A DNA stretch of 64,000 nucleotides from an uncultured Lentisphaeraceae bacterium (lineage in GTDB: Bacteria; Verrucomicrobiota; Kiritimatiellia; RFP12; DVOR01). Below the pieces are notes generated by a model. It searched no databases, was not told the origin of the DNA, and saw only the letters and a program-made list of their open reading frames with translations. The DNA is taken from positions 6,490 to 70,489 of the forward strand of contig CASEMS010000002.1 of the NCBI GenBank assembly GCA_949288955.1, read 5' to 3'. This document shows positions 27,159-36,583 of the stretch, piece by piece. The translations under genes and the position numbers were made by a program. Each line of letters opens with the position of its first letter. Within the stretch, counting starts at the first letter, position 1.

Positions 27159-29138
27159 ATGAAGCAAGGTTGGCGTTGGTTCGGCACGCAGGACCCCATC
27201 TCGCTGAAGGAAATCCGCCAGGCGGGCGTCACCGACGTGGTGGCCGCCCTCTACGAGCGCAAGTGCGGCGAGGTGTGGCCCATCGAGGAAATCCGCGCGC
27301 GGCAGGAGGCCGTCCGCGCCGCGGGCATGGAGTGGTCGGTCATCGAGAGCGTGCCGGTGCATGAGAGCGTCAAGACGCGCACCGGCGACTTCCAGACCTA
27401 CATCGAGAACTACAAGCAGACCCTCCGCAACCTGGCCGCCTGCGGCATCAAGGTGGTCTGCTACAACTTCATGCCCATCCTCGATTGGACGCGCAGCCAG
27501 TTGGACTACGCCCTCCCCGACGGCTCCAGCGTGCTGAACTTCGATGAGGTGGCCGTCGCCGCCTTTGACCTCCACATCCTCAAGCGTCCCGGTGCCGAAA
27601 AGGATTATGACGACGCCCTCCGCGCCAAGGCCAAGGCTTGGTTCGAGGCCGCCGACCCCGCCCTCATCGAGAAGACCTCCAAGGGCATCCTCCTCGGCCT
27701 CCCCGGCACGGTCGACGATCTCACCGTCGAAGGCTTCCGCGACCTGCTCAAGACCTACGAAGGCATCGACGACGCCACGCTCCGCGCCAACCTCTACGCC
27801 TTCCTCAACGAGCTGGCCCCCCTCTGCGAGGAGCTCGGCGTGCGCATGGCCATCCACCCCGACGACCCCCCGCGCTCCCTCTTCGGTCTCCCCCGCATCC
27901 TCTCCGACGCCGACGACATCCGCGAGATGTGCGCCAAGGTGCCCAGCGAGAACATGGGCCTGACCCTCTGCACCGGCTCCCTCGGCGGCGGCCGCGCCAA
28001 CGATGAGGTCGCCATCTTCCGCGAGTTCGCCCGCCGCGTCCACTTCGTCCACTTCCGCAACGTCGTCTACGCCGACGGCGGCACCTTCCACGAGTCCGGC
28101 TGCCACCTTTGCGGCAAGGTTGATATGCCCCGCCTCATGCGCATTCTCCTCGATGAGGAGGCCCGCCGCGGCGAGCAGATCGTCGTCCGCCCCGACCACG
28201 GCCGCCTCATGGAGATCGACAAAGGCCGCACCTGCTACAGCGGTTACTCCTACGGCGGGCGCCTCGTCGGCCTCGCCGAGCTCCGCGGGCTTGAATATGG
28301 CCTCATCCACGGCAGCGACCTCGATGGCAAGGTCATCGTCGTCACCGGCGCCGCCGGCGTCCTCTGCTCCGTGATGACCGAGGATTTCCTCCGCCACGGC
28401 GCCAAGGTCGCCCTCCTTGACCTCCACGGCGAGAAGGCCGAGGCCTTCGCCGCCGCCCTCGCCGCCAAGGGCCTCACCGAGACCCTCCCCCTCGGCGCCA
28501 ACGTCCTCGACCGTGCCTCCCTTGAGGCCGCGCGCGACGCCGTCCTCGCCAAGTGGGGCCGCGTGGACATCCTCGTCAACGGCGCCGGCGGCAACCACCC
28601 CAAGGGCACCTGCGCCGCCGAGCAGATGACCCCCGACGCCAAGCTGGAGGAGACCTTCTTCGGCCTCGACATCGAGGGCTTCGAGTTCGTCAACCGCCTC
28701 AACTTCATCGGCACGCTGCTCCCCTCGCAGGTCTTCGCCAAGGAGATGCTCGCCACCGGCGGTTCCATCGTGAACATCTCCTCCATGGCCGCCACCCAGC
28801 CCCTCACCAAGGTCGCCGCCTACGCCGCCGCCAAGGCCTCCATCGAGAACTTCACCCGCTGGCTCGCCACCCACCTCGCGCCCATGGGCATCCGCGTCAA
28901 CGCCATCGCCCCCGGCTTCTTCATCACCAACCAGAACCGCTTCCTCATGCTGGAGCAGGACGGCAAGACCCTCACCCCCCGCGGACACAAGGTCATCGCC
29001 AAGACGCCCATGCGCAAGTTCGGCCAACCCAGCGACCTCTGCGGCGCCGTGCGCTACCTCGTCTCCGACGACGCCTCCTTCGTCACCGGCATTGTCATCC
29101 CGATCGACGGCGGGTTCCTGGCCTACTCCGGCGTCTGA
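27159..29138 (+). CDS. uxuA: Fusion of mannonate dehydratase (UxuA) and SDR-family D-mannonate oxidoreductase
   Basis: WRWFG, CYNFMP.LDWTR, HPDDPP, RPDHG, then TGAAGVLC, NGAGGNHP, YAAAK, NAIAPGFF, DGGFLAYSGV in one reading frame. Confidence 0.88.
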   Translation: MKQGWRWFGTQDPISLKEIRQAGVTDVVAALYERKCGEVWPIEEIRARQEAVRAAGMEWSVIESVPVHESVKTRTGDFQTYIENYKQTLRNLAACGIKVVCYNFMPILDWTRSQLDYALPDGSSVLNFDEVAVAAFDLHILKRPGAEKDYDDALRAKAKAWFEAADPALIEKTSKGILLGLPGTVDDLTVEGFRDLLKTYEGIDDATLRANLYAFLNELAPLCEELGVRMAIHPDDPPRSLFGLPRILSDADDIREMCAKVPSENMGLTLCTGSLGGGRANDEVAIFREFARRVHFVHFRNVVYADGGTFHESGCHLCGKVDMPRLMRILLDEEARRGEQIVVRPDHGRLMEIDKGRTCYSGYSYGGRLVGLAELRGLEYGLIHGSDLDGKVIVVTGAAGVLCSVMTEDFLRHGAKVALLDLHGEKAEAFAAALAAKGLTETLPLGANVLDRASLEAARDAVLAKWGRVDILVNGAGGNHPKGTCAAEQMTPDAKLEETFFGLDIEGFEFVNRLNFIGTLLPSQVFAKEMLATGGSIVNISSMAATQPLTKVAAYAAAKASIENFTRWLATHLAPMGIRVNAIAPGFFITNQNRFLMLEQDGKTLTPRGHKVIAKTPMRKFGQPSDLCGAVRYLVSDDASFVTGIVIPIDGGFLAYSGV

Positions 29139-29163
29139 TGTGCGCACCGCGCACATCAGACGC
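29131..29163. other. Perfect 15-bp stem-loop spanning the uxuAB stop codon
   Basis: GCGTCTGATGTGCGC-ACC-GCGCACATCAGACGC. Confidence 0.85.
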
Positions 29164-29290
29164 GGAAGTTTGGAGACTTGGATGCTTGGCCTGCGCTCCG
29201 CGCCCCCCGGCGTCCCGCAGGAGTTCCAAACAGCCAAGCCTCCAAACCTCCAAGCCTCCAAACTTCCAATCAGCCAAGCCCCCAAACTTC
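29164..29290. repeat. Inverted arrangement of 8-bp CCAA-type repeats
   Basis: About 3 reverse units at 29164-29189 and 8 forward units at 29226-29289. Confidence 0.8.
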
Positions 29291-29293
29291 CCC

Positions 29294-30640
29294 ATGCGCC
29301 CCTTCATCCATCCCGACTTCCTCCTCGATACGCCGCAGGCCCGCACGCTCTACCATGAGTATGCCGAGCCCTGCCCTGTCATCGACTACCACTGCCACCT
29401 CTCCCCCAAGGAGATCGCCGAGAACCGCCCCTTCGCCAACATCACCCAAGCCTGGCTCGGCGGCGACCACTACAAGTGGCGCGCCATGCGCACCGTGGGC
29501 GTCCCCGAACGCCTCATCACCGGCGACGCCGACGACCACGCCAAGTTCCTCGCTTGGTGCGACACCGTCCCCAAACTCCTCCGCAATCCCCTCTACCACT
29601 GGTCGCACCTCGAACTCGCCCGCGTCTTCGGCATCGCCGACCTCCTCCTCTCCCCCGCCACCGCCGAGACGGTTTGGGCCCGCGCCAACGCCCGCCTCGC
29701 CGAGCCCGGCAACGGCCCCCGCGACATCCTCCTCCGCCTTGGCGTCCGTCTCGTCTGCACCACCGACGACCCCGACGACGACCTCGCCGAGCACCGTGCG
29801 CAGAACGCCCGCGGCGACGGCCTCACCATGCGCCCCGCTTGGCGCCCCGGCCGTTACCTCGCCCTTCAGGCCCTCGACCGCCCCTTCGCGGAGACCCTCG
29901 CCCATCTCCGCGCGCGCCATGCCTTCTTCCACGACAACGGTTGCCGCCTCTCCGACTACTCCGTCGAATCCTTCGCCGAACCTTGCGCCGAGGCCGAGGC
30001 CGCCAAGATCCACGAGGCCGCCCGTGCCGGCAAGGCCCTCTCCCCCGCCGAGCGCACCGCCTACGCCGCTTGGATGCTCGATTGGTTCGCCCGTCTCGAC
30101 GCCGAGACCGGCTGGGTCCGCCAGCTCCACATCGGCGCCCTGCGCAACCCCAACGCCGCCATGTTCGCCAAACTCGGCCCCGACACCGGCTTCGACGCCA
30201 TTGCCGACTTCCCCTACGCCGAGCCCCTCGCCGCCCACCTCTCCGCCCTCGCCGCCGACGGTGCCCTCCCCCGCACCATCCTCTACAACCTCAACCCCAA
30301 AGACACCACCATGCTCGCCGTCCTCTGCGGGTCCTTCCAGGACGGCACCCCCGGCGGCCGCGTCAACCTCGGCCCCGCCTGGTGGTTCCTCGACCAGATG
30401 GACGGCATCGAGGAGAACCTTCGCGCCGTCTCCGCCCTCGGCTGCCTCGCCCAATTCCCCGGGATGCTCACCGACAGCCGCTCCGTCCTCTCCGTCCCCC
30501 GCCACGAGTACTTCCGCCGCATCCTCTGCCGGATGCTTGGCCGCGACCTCGCGGGCGGATTCCTCCCCGACGACCTCCCCGCCGTCGGCGCGATGGTCCG
30601 CGCCATCGCCTTCGGCAACCCCAACGCCCTCTTCGCCTAA
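29294..30640 (+). CDS. uxaC: Glucuronate isomerase
   Basis: IDYHCHL, GDHYKWRAMR, NPLYHWSHLEL, CTTDDP, AWWFLD, GMLTDSRS...RHEYFRR. Confidence 0.95.
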   Translation: MRPFIHPDFLLDTPQARTLYHEYAEPCPVIDYHCHLSPKEIAENRPFANITQAWLGGDHYKWRAMRTVGVPERLITGDADDHAKFLAWCDTVPKLLRNPLYHWSHLELARVFGIADLLLSPATAETVWARANARLAEPGNGPRDILLRLGVRLVCTTDDPDDDLAEHRAQNARGDGLTMRPAWRPGRYLALQALDRPFAETLAHLRARHAFFHDNGCRLSDYSVESFAEPCAEAEAAKIHEAARAGKALSPAERTAYAAWMLDWFARLDAETGWVRQLHIGALRNPNAAMFAKLGPDTGFDAIADFPYAEPLAAHLSALAADGALPRTILYNLNPKDTTMLAVLCGSFQDGTPGGRVNLGPAWWFLDQMDGIEENLRAVSALGCLAQFPGMLTDSRSVLSVPRHEYFRRILCRMLGRDLAGGFLPDDLPAVGAMVRAIAFGNPNALFA

Positions 30641-30652
30641 AGGAACACCGTC

Positions 30653-31231
30653 ATGCAAGACTACATCGAACGCTTCCGCGCCGCCCGTGTCGTCCCCGTC
30701 ATCGTCCTTGACGACCCCGCCCGCGCCGTCCCCCTCGCCAAAGCCCTCCTTGCCCAAGGCATCACCGCCGCCGAGGTCACCTTCCGCACCCCCGCCGCCG
30801 AGGAATCCATCCGCCGCATCGCCGCCGAGGTCCCCGACATTTTCGTCGGCGCCGGCACCGTCCTCACCGAGGACGAGCTCGCCCGCGCCCACGCCGCCGG
30901 CGCCCAATTCGCCGTCGCCCCCGGCCTCGACCCCGCCATCCTCGATGCCGCCGCCGAGCTCGGCCTCCCCTTCTGCCCCGGCGTCGCCACCGCCAGCGAG
31001 TTCATGGCCGCCATCCGCCTCGGCTGCCGGATGGTCAAGTTCTTCCCCGCCCGCGACGCCGGCGGCATCCCCCTCCTCAAGAGCATCCTCGCCGCCATCG
31101 GCCACACCGGCGTCCAGGTCATGCCCACCGGCGGCATCTCCCAGGCCTCCGCCGAGGAATGGCTCGCCATCCCGCAGGTCGTCTGCGTCGGCGGCTCCTG
31201 GATGGTCAAGCCCATCCTCGCCTCCCTCTGA
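30653..31231 (+). CDS. eda: KDPG/KHG aldolase
   Basis: AEVTFRT, GAGTV, PGVATASE, KFFPA, PTGGI, GGSW. Confidence 0.93.
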   Translation: MQDYIERFRAARVVPVIVLDDPARAVPLAKALLAQGITAAEVTFRTPAAEESIRRIAAEVPDIFVGAGTVLTEDELARAHAAGAQFAVAPGLDPAILDAAAELGLPFCPGVATASEFMAAIRLGCRMVKFFPARDAGGIPLLKSILAAIGHTGVQVMPTGGISQASAEEWLAIPQVVCVGGSWMVKPILASL

Positions 31232-31250
31232 GGCCCTTCCCAAACGCAAC

Positions 31251-31286
31251 GCGCCCCCGAGCCTTTCGGCCGGGGGCGCTTTTTTG
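31251..31286 (+). terminator. Intrinsic terminator
   Basis: GCGCCCCCG...CGGGGGCGC followed by a T run. Confidence 0.8.
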
Positions 31287-31318
31287 TTTGGGGTGCGTTT
31301 ACGCGGCGCGGCGGCGGC

Positions 31319-31789
31319 TCACTCGAAGTCGAGGGCGATGGTGCCGTCCACGATGGCGATGTCGCGCAACGTGCCGCCGAGGGTGATGCCGCGCAGGCCG
31401 GCCAGGGTCTTGATGGCCACCGTGAGCGTGTTGCCCACCACCGAGAGCCCGGGCTTGCCGGCCACGGCGCTTGCCAGCTGGCCCATCAGCTGCCCGGCAA
31501 TCATGTCGCCGCCCATCATCGCCAGCGACACCTTCGCCAAGGTGATGTCCAGCGCCTCGCCGTTCTGCGCCGGCGTCAGGCGGATCTGCGCCTCCACCGG
31601 CACCGGCAGGATGCCCATCGAGGCCTTGCACTTGAAGATCAGCGTGCCGTTCTTCAGCGACACCCTCGGATCCTTCACCTTCTTCAAGGCCTCGCCCTGG
31701 GGGCCCTCGGCCATTTTCGCGAAGGCCGTCGCCAAACCCGTGTTGATGTCCTGCTCCGTAAGCGTGAGCGCCAACTTGCTGAGAATCAT
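31319..31789 (-). CDS. Hypothetical protein (start uncertain)
   Basis: MILSKLALTLTEQDIN...; coding-like codon use. Confidence 0.7.
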   Translation of the reverse strand: MILSKLALTLTEQDINTGLATAFAKMAEGPQGEALKKVKDPRVSLKNGTLIFKCKASMGILPVPVEAQIRLTPAQNGEALDITLAKVSLAMMGGDMIAGQLMGQLASAVAGKPGLSVVGNTLTVAIKTLAGLRGITLGGTLRDIAIVDGTIALDFE

Positions 31790-32003
31790 GTCTGCCGTTC
31801 CCGTACTGATTGCGATTATCGCTCTGCGCGGTGCCCGGAATGGGCTCGGAGGAGGGGGAGAGCCCCCCGCAATCGCCTGACGCCAATCAGGCGCGCACCC
31901 TTCTGAACCTTTCCGGCCTAGAAATCGGGATGAAGTGTAACATAACCTCCGCCGACACGTCAAAGCGCCATCGCCCGCTTTGCCGCCGCCGCGATTCGCC
32001 CCA

Positions 32004-32035
32004 AAAACAAGGCGCCCGCCGATTCGGCGGGCGCC
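32004..32035 (-). terminator. Terminator of the prepilin-like gene
   Basis: GGCGCCCGCCG stem followed by TTGTTTTT on minus. Confidence 0.7.
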
Positions 32036-32067
32036 TGTGCGTGTGGGTGGGATGTGTGCGGCGTCGC

Positions 32068-32826
32068 TTAGTTGGAGGAGCCGGTCTGCATGAACTCGAA
32101 GGCGTTGCCGTCGCCCTGCTCGAACTCGCTCAGGGTGGCGGTGCCGAGGCCCTCAAGCATCGCCTGGGGATAGACCTCGTCGGCGGCGAACTTCTTGCCG
32201 GAGCCATCCTTGCGGATGATGACGCACCCATCGCGGCCGAAGGGCTGCTGGGTGTTGAGGAGGGTTTCGACGTCGGTGGCGGTGTCATTGCCGGCGGCGC
32301 CGACGAGGGCGGTGCCGATGACGTTGCGGGTGCAGAAGACCGGCGCGATGGAGGGGGCCTCGCGGGTGTTCTTGGCGAGGATCCAGGCGCAGTTGTTGTC
32401 GTTGATGGTCTGGCCGGAGGCGGCGGGGACGCCCTGGCCGGCGATCATCGCGGGCTCGATGTCCTTGAGCACCTTCAGGCGGTTGCGCTTCTGCACGTCG
32501 TTCTCCTCGACGTAAAGAGCCTCTTGGAAGTAATCGGCGGTGGAGGAGAAGTCCTGGTACATATCAGGCCCGTTGAGGGTCTGGCCCTCGGGCTTGAGGT
32601 CCTGGTTCTCGGAGGCGGGCCAGGCGATGCTGGCGTAGCGGCCGGACATGTCGGCGGAGATGATGGCCTGGACGACCTTGCGGCCATTGCCCATCATGCC
32701 CGTCAGGTTACCCTGCAGGAGGAAGTTCGTCACCGGCCCGAAGAGGGAGGTGGCCAAGATGCCGATAATCACGATCACGACGAGCAGCTCGATCATCGTG
32801 AAGCCTTGCTTGCGGTTTGCCTTCAT
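32068..32826 (-). CDS. Type IV prepilin-like protein (N-terminal methylation motif)
   Basis: MKANRKQG-FTMIELLVVIVIIGIL class III signal; SD AAGGAG. Confidence 0.9.
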   Translation of the reverse strand: MKANRKQGFTMIELLVVIVIIGILATSLFGPVTNFLLQGNLTGMMGNGRKVVQAIISADMSGRYASIAWPASENQDLKPEGQTLNGPDMYQDFSSTADYFQEALYVEENDVQKRNRLKVLKDIEPAMIAGQGVPAASGQTINDNNCAWILAKNTREAPSIAPVFCTRNVIGTALVGAAGNDTATDVETLLNTQQPFGRDGCVIIRKDGSGKKFAADEVYPQAMLEGLGTATLSEFEQGDGNAFEFMQTGSSN

Positions 32827-32989
32827 TTCTGTCACTCCTTGGCTGTTGCGCTGGAAGACGCCATGTCCGCCCTTACGCACACCATGAATGCTAGCAAAGC
32901 CCGCCCCTCAAAGCAAGCCCTTTTTCCCGATTGTGGCCGGGGGAATAAAGAAAACGGGAAACACCAAGCACGCTTGGAACGGCGAGGGA

Positions 32990-33245
32990 GAGATCACAAA
33001 GGGCACGAAGGGGGACACGGAGGAGCACGAAGCACGACGGGGACACAATCACAACGGGCACAAAGAACACAAAGGGGGCGCGGGCGTGGCCCGCGCGGGA
33101 CGGGATGGACGGTGAGAGGAAACCGCGGATTGCGCGGATTGAAGCGGATTGGGGGTCGGCTACCGCCGACAGGACTGCCAGAGGAAAAGACCACAGAGGG
33201 CACGAAGGGGGACACGGAGGAGCACGAAGTATGGAGGGGGACTCA
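32990..33245 (+). repeat. Dispersed copy of the ~190-bp composite repeat
   Basis: CACGAAGCACGACGGGG..CACAATCACAA, AACCGCGGATTGCGCGGATT and GTCGGCTACCGCCGACAGGACTGCCA as at 15384-15850. Confidence 0.85.
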
Positions 33246-33254
33246 CAACGGGCA

Positions 33255-33355
33255 GCGCGGGAGGCGAGGGCGGTAGGGAGCGATCAGCGGGCGAAGCCCG
33301 CAGAGCGACCGGCGGAGCCCGCAAGCCTCCCGCGCAACCTTGCGTCTTTGCGGTT
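33255..33355 (+). repeat. ~81-bp palindromic element, copy 3, plus TTGCGTCTTTGCGGTT tail
   Basis: Near-identical to 15895-15975. Confidence 0.85.
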
Positions 33356-33360
33356 CCCCC

Positions 33361-33407
33361 AAGGAGGATCGGCCGCCGAGCCGAGGAGAATCGGCCGCCG
33401 AGCCGAG
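33361..33407 (+). repeat. 22-bp GATC repeat, about 2 units
   Basis: AAGGAGGATCGGCC GCCGAGCCGAGGAGAATCGGCC GCCGAGCCGAG. Confidence 0.7.
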
Positions 33408-33409
33408 AT

Positions 33410-33819
33410 TGCGTCGGCGGCGCCGATGGCGGCGGCGTGGGACTTGGCCTCCCGCTCATGGGCGGCGAGCCGCTCCCGAAGCGACTCCTGCGCCGCGCCA
33501 CCACCGTCGCGTTCAGTTGGGCCAGCAGCTCCTTCGGCGCGGCAAGCAGGGCGGCGGAGTCATGGTTGCCCGCGATGAGGATCAGCCGGCCACACGCGCC
33601 GTCGTTCCGAAGGTCGGCGATGAATTGGTAGTAGCGGCGCTGCGCTGCGGGGGTCGGCTGGCGCACGTCGAAGACATCCCCCGCCACCACCAGCGCGTCC
33701 GGACGCTCCGCGCGGACGAGTCCGCGCAGGAAAGCGAGGAAGGCGTCGTGCTCCTCGCCGCGGTCTTGGTCATGGAGCCGTGCGCCAAGGTGCCAATCGG
33801 AGGTGTGGATGAGCTTCAT
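33410..33819 (-). pseudogene. sbcD: Truncated SbcD nuclease (N-terminal ~107 codons) joined to a short out-of-frame coiled-coil-like fragment
   Basis: MKLIHTSDWHLG, VAGDVFD, AGNHDS; similarity stops at LNATVV, with the later phosphoesterase motifs missing. Confidence 0.8.
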
Positions 33820-33904
33820 GCCACCAGTATAGCACAGCCACCCCCCGTGCCCGGGCACCCGGTGTGCAAGACATCCCGCACACCGCGAGACGCGACGGCG
33901 TGGG

Positions 33905-34363
33905 TCAGAAGACGAGGAACTTGGCGATGAAGTAGTTGAGGGCGATTTCGAGGAGGGTAACCACGAGGTTGATGATCTCGGGCCACCAGCCGTACTCGGC
34001 CTTGACGCGCGCCTTGTCGCGGAGATCCCAGCGGAGCCATTTGTCGATGAGCCACCACATGAGCAGGACGGTGAGGGCGGCGGTGGCGACGCGCGTGGCA
34101 TAGAAGACCCAGGCGGACTCCAACCAGCCGGTCTCGGTGCCGGGGAAGGCGAGGAGACGCATGAGGACGAAGGCGGTGGTGGCCGCCGCCGTCCACGAGA
34201 GCACCTTGCTCCACACGTTGCCCAAGCCCCACTTCCGGAAGCAGACGGAGTATCCCACGAAACTGACGGCGGTGGAGCACACGCCGGCGAAGAGATACCA
34301 GAAGAGCTCCCAGAAGAGGGCCGGGTCGATGAAGAGGGCGATGAGGTTATTGAGCGCTGACAA
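33905..34363 (-). CDS. GtrA-family membrane protein
   Basis: YLFAGVCSTAVSF...LNYFIAKFLVF, 4 TM segments. Confidence 0.75.
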   Translation of the reverse strand: MSALNNLIALFIDPALFWELFWYLFAGVCSTAVSFVGYSVCFRKWGLGNVWSKVLSWTAAATTAFVLMRLLAFPGTETGWLESAWVFYATRVATAALTVLLMWWLIDKWLRWDLRDKARVKAEYGWWPEIINLVVTLLEIALNYFIAKFLVF

Positions 34364-35543
34364 GGTTCAGTGGCCCATCCTTGAGGAGTTCGCGGCAGAG
34401 CTGCCAGCACTCATATTGCATCCGCGGGACATGGAAGCAACCCTTGAAGAGATTGCCCTTGATGTCGGAGCAGACGCGGCCGTCGCGGGAGAGGTAGCCG
34501 AACCAATCGCCGTATTCCTTGTCGGGGAAATGGGCGTGGGTCCAGTCATGCGCCAAGGTGTGCATCTTGGCGTACTTCTCGGCGCCGGTGAGCTGGTAGG
34601 CCAGGAGGGTGGCGATGCAGACCTCGTTGTGGGGCCACCAGAACTTCATGTCCTGCCAGTACTCGCTGACGGGGTGGTTGTAGACGTCGCGGTAGTAGAG
34701 GATCCCGCCGTATTCCTTGTCCCAGCCGCGCTCCCAGGACCAGTCGAGCATATCCAGGCCGATGCGCATATAGTCGGTGCGGCCGCGGCGTTTGCCCTCC
34801 TTCATGATGAACCAGGCGCCCTCGATGGCGTGGCCGGGGTTGAGGGTGCGCTCGTCGATGTGGTCGATGATCTGACCGTCGGGGGCGACGGTCTCCATGA
34901 CGCAGCGGATCTCGGACTTGAGGTGGTACTTGACGATGTCGGCGATGGCCTGGTCGATGCGCGCCTCGGCCTCCTCGTAGCCGATGCTGTCGCGGAGGCG
35001 CTGGCAGGTGGAGATGTTGATCATCGGGTGGCCGAGGCCGCGGGTGGGGCGCACGCCGGTGAACTTGGGGGGCGTGTCCACGTGGTCGCCGTAGAGCTTA
35101 TAGGTCTTGCGGGCGAGCTCCGCGTACTCATCGGAACCGGTGAGGCGGGCGTATTCGCCGTAGGCGATACAGGCGAAGGACTCGGAGAAGGCGTAGCGGC
35201 GTTTGCGGATGGGGTCGCCCCGGCGGGTCATGTGGAAGTACATCCGGCCGTCGGCGGGGTCGTAGCAATACTTGCGCAGGAACTCAAGGGTGCCCTTGGC
35301 GGCGGCCTCCCACTCGGGGCGGCGCTCCACATGGTTGCAGAGGAAGCCGAGCATCCAGGCGAAACGCCCCTGCTGCCAGACGCCCTTGTCGTCGTCGATG
35401 CGGTTGCCCTTGCGGTCCACGCCGGTCATGATGCCGCCGTATTCCTTGTCGAGCCCGTGCTCCATCCAGAAGGGGACGGTGTCGCAGAGGAGACCGTCGT
35501 GGTAGACGGCCTCAAGCTGCTGGAGACGTTCGGTGCTGAGCAT
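34347..35543 (-). CDS. N-acylglucosamine 2-epimerase (AGE family)
   Basis: PFW...D.EYGG, DKGVWQQGR, NPGHAIEGAWF, KFWWPHNE, KGCFHVPR; follows nanA. Confidence 0.9.
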   Translation of the reverse strand: MLSTERLQQLEAVYHDGLLCDTVPFWMEHGLDKEYGGIMTGVDRKGNRIDDDKGVWQQGRFAWMLGFLCNHVERRPEWEAAAKGTLEFLRKYCYDPADGRMYFHMTRRGDPIRKRRYAFSESFACIAYGEYARLTGSDEYAELARKTYKLYGDHVDTPPKFTGVRPTRGLGHPMINISTCQRLRDSIGYEEAEARIDQAIADIVKYHLKSEIRCVMETVAPDGQIIDHIDERTLNPGHAIEGAWFIMKEGKRRGRTDYMRIGLDMLDWSWERGWDKEYGGILYYRDVYNHPVSEYWQDMKFWWPHNEVCIATLLAYQLTGAEKYAKMHTLAHDWTHAHFPDKEYGDWFGYLSRDGRVCSDIKGNLFKGCFHVPRMQYECWQLCRELLKDGPLNLVSAQ

Positions 35544-35554
35544 GGCGGGCTCCT

Positions 35555-36451
35555 TCATTCGGCGAGGATGGCGGCGACGGTGTCGGCGCACTCCTTGCGC
35601 TGCTCGGGGGTGAGGTTGGTGAGGGGCGGGCGGACGGTCGGCATGTCCAGCCCATGGATGGCCATCATCGCCTTGCCGGCCACGACGCCGCCGTACTTGA
35701 CGAGCAGGTCGACGATCCGGCAGACCTTCGCCATCCCGCGGTCGATGGCCGCCTGGTCGCCCTGGCGGTAAGCCTCCCAGATACCGTAATAGAGCGGCGC
35801 GGCGTAGTTGTAGGTCGAGCCGATGGCCGACTTCGCGCCGAGCGCCAACGCCCCCGCGAACCACTCGTCGATGCCCCAGGTGATGTCATACTTCCCACCG
35901 CAGGCGCGCAGACACCGCTGGAACATGTAAAGGTCGGGGTAATTGAACTTGATGCCCGCCAACTGCGGGATGCGCCCATCGGCCTTCAGCAGGAACTGCT
36001 CCATGTCGAAGTTCACCCCGCTCATGCTCGTGTGGTAATAATAGAAGGGCAGCTCCGGCGCCGCCACGAGCACCGCGTTGATGTCGTCGATGAGCGCGTC
36101 GATGCTGCCGGGGCGGAAGAAGTTCGGCGGCACGATGGAGGTGGCGCTCACGCCCACCTCCTGCGCATAGGCCGCCAACTCGCGCGCGTCCGTCACCGAG
36201 AGCGCGCCCACGTGCGCGATGAGGAAGAGCCGTCCCTCCGCGGCCTCCACCCACGCCTTCATCACCTGCTTGCGCTCCTCCACCGAGCAGCAGATGCCCT
36301 CGCCGGTGGTGCCGCAGACATAGGCGCCGATGACCTTCTGCTTCAGCAGCGTCTCCACCTGCTTGGGGATGAGATCCAGGTTCACGCTGCCATCCGCGTT
36401 GAACGGCGTGTGGGGCGCGGCGATGAGGCCTTCGAGTTTCTTCATGTCCAT
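35555..36451 (-). CDS. nanA: N-acetylneuraminate lyase (DHDPS family)
   Basis: GLIAAPHTPF, CGTTGEG, YYYH, GIKF, AIGSTYN. Confidence 0.85.
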   Translation of the reverse strand: MDMKKLEGLIAAPHTPFNADGSVNLDLIPKQVETLLKQKVIGAYVCGTTGEGICCSVEERKQVMKAWVEAAEGRLFLIAHVGALSVTDARELAAYAQEVGVSATSIVPPNFFRPGSIDALIDDINAVLVAAPELPFYYYHTSMSGVNFDMEQFLLKADGRIPQLAGIKFNYPDLYMFQRCLRACGGKYDITWGIDEWFAGALALGAKSAIGSTYNYAAPLYYGIWEAYRQGDQAAIDRGMAKVCRIVDLLVKYGGVVAGKAMMAIHGLDMPTVRPPLTNLTPEQRKECADTVAAILAE

Positions 36452-36583
36452 TCCTCCGAAACTGGGGATTCAACCAATCAAACACCCTTATTATAGACGC
36501 TCCCCATGCCCCACGCAACCACCGCCGCCAAAGACCGGGGGCGATGCGGGGGTGGCAGCGGTTGGGCCGGCGCCGCCCGCGCG

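Noticed and set aside
33160..34410. 416-aa ORF as an intact gene
   Set aside because: It is a chimera of an off-frame GtrA region, the sbcD fragment and read-through into repeats.
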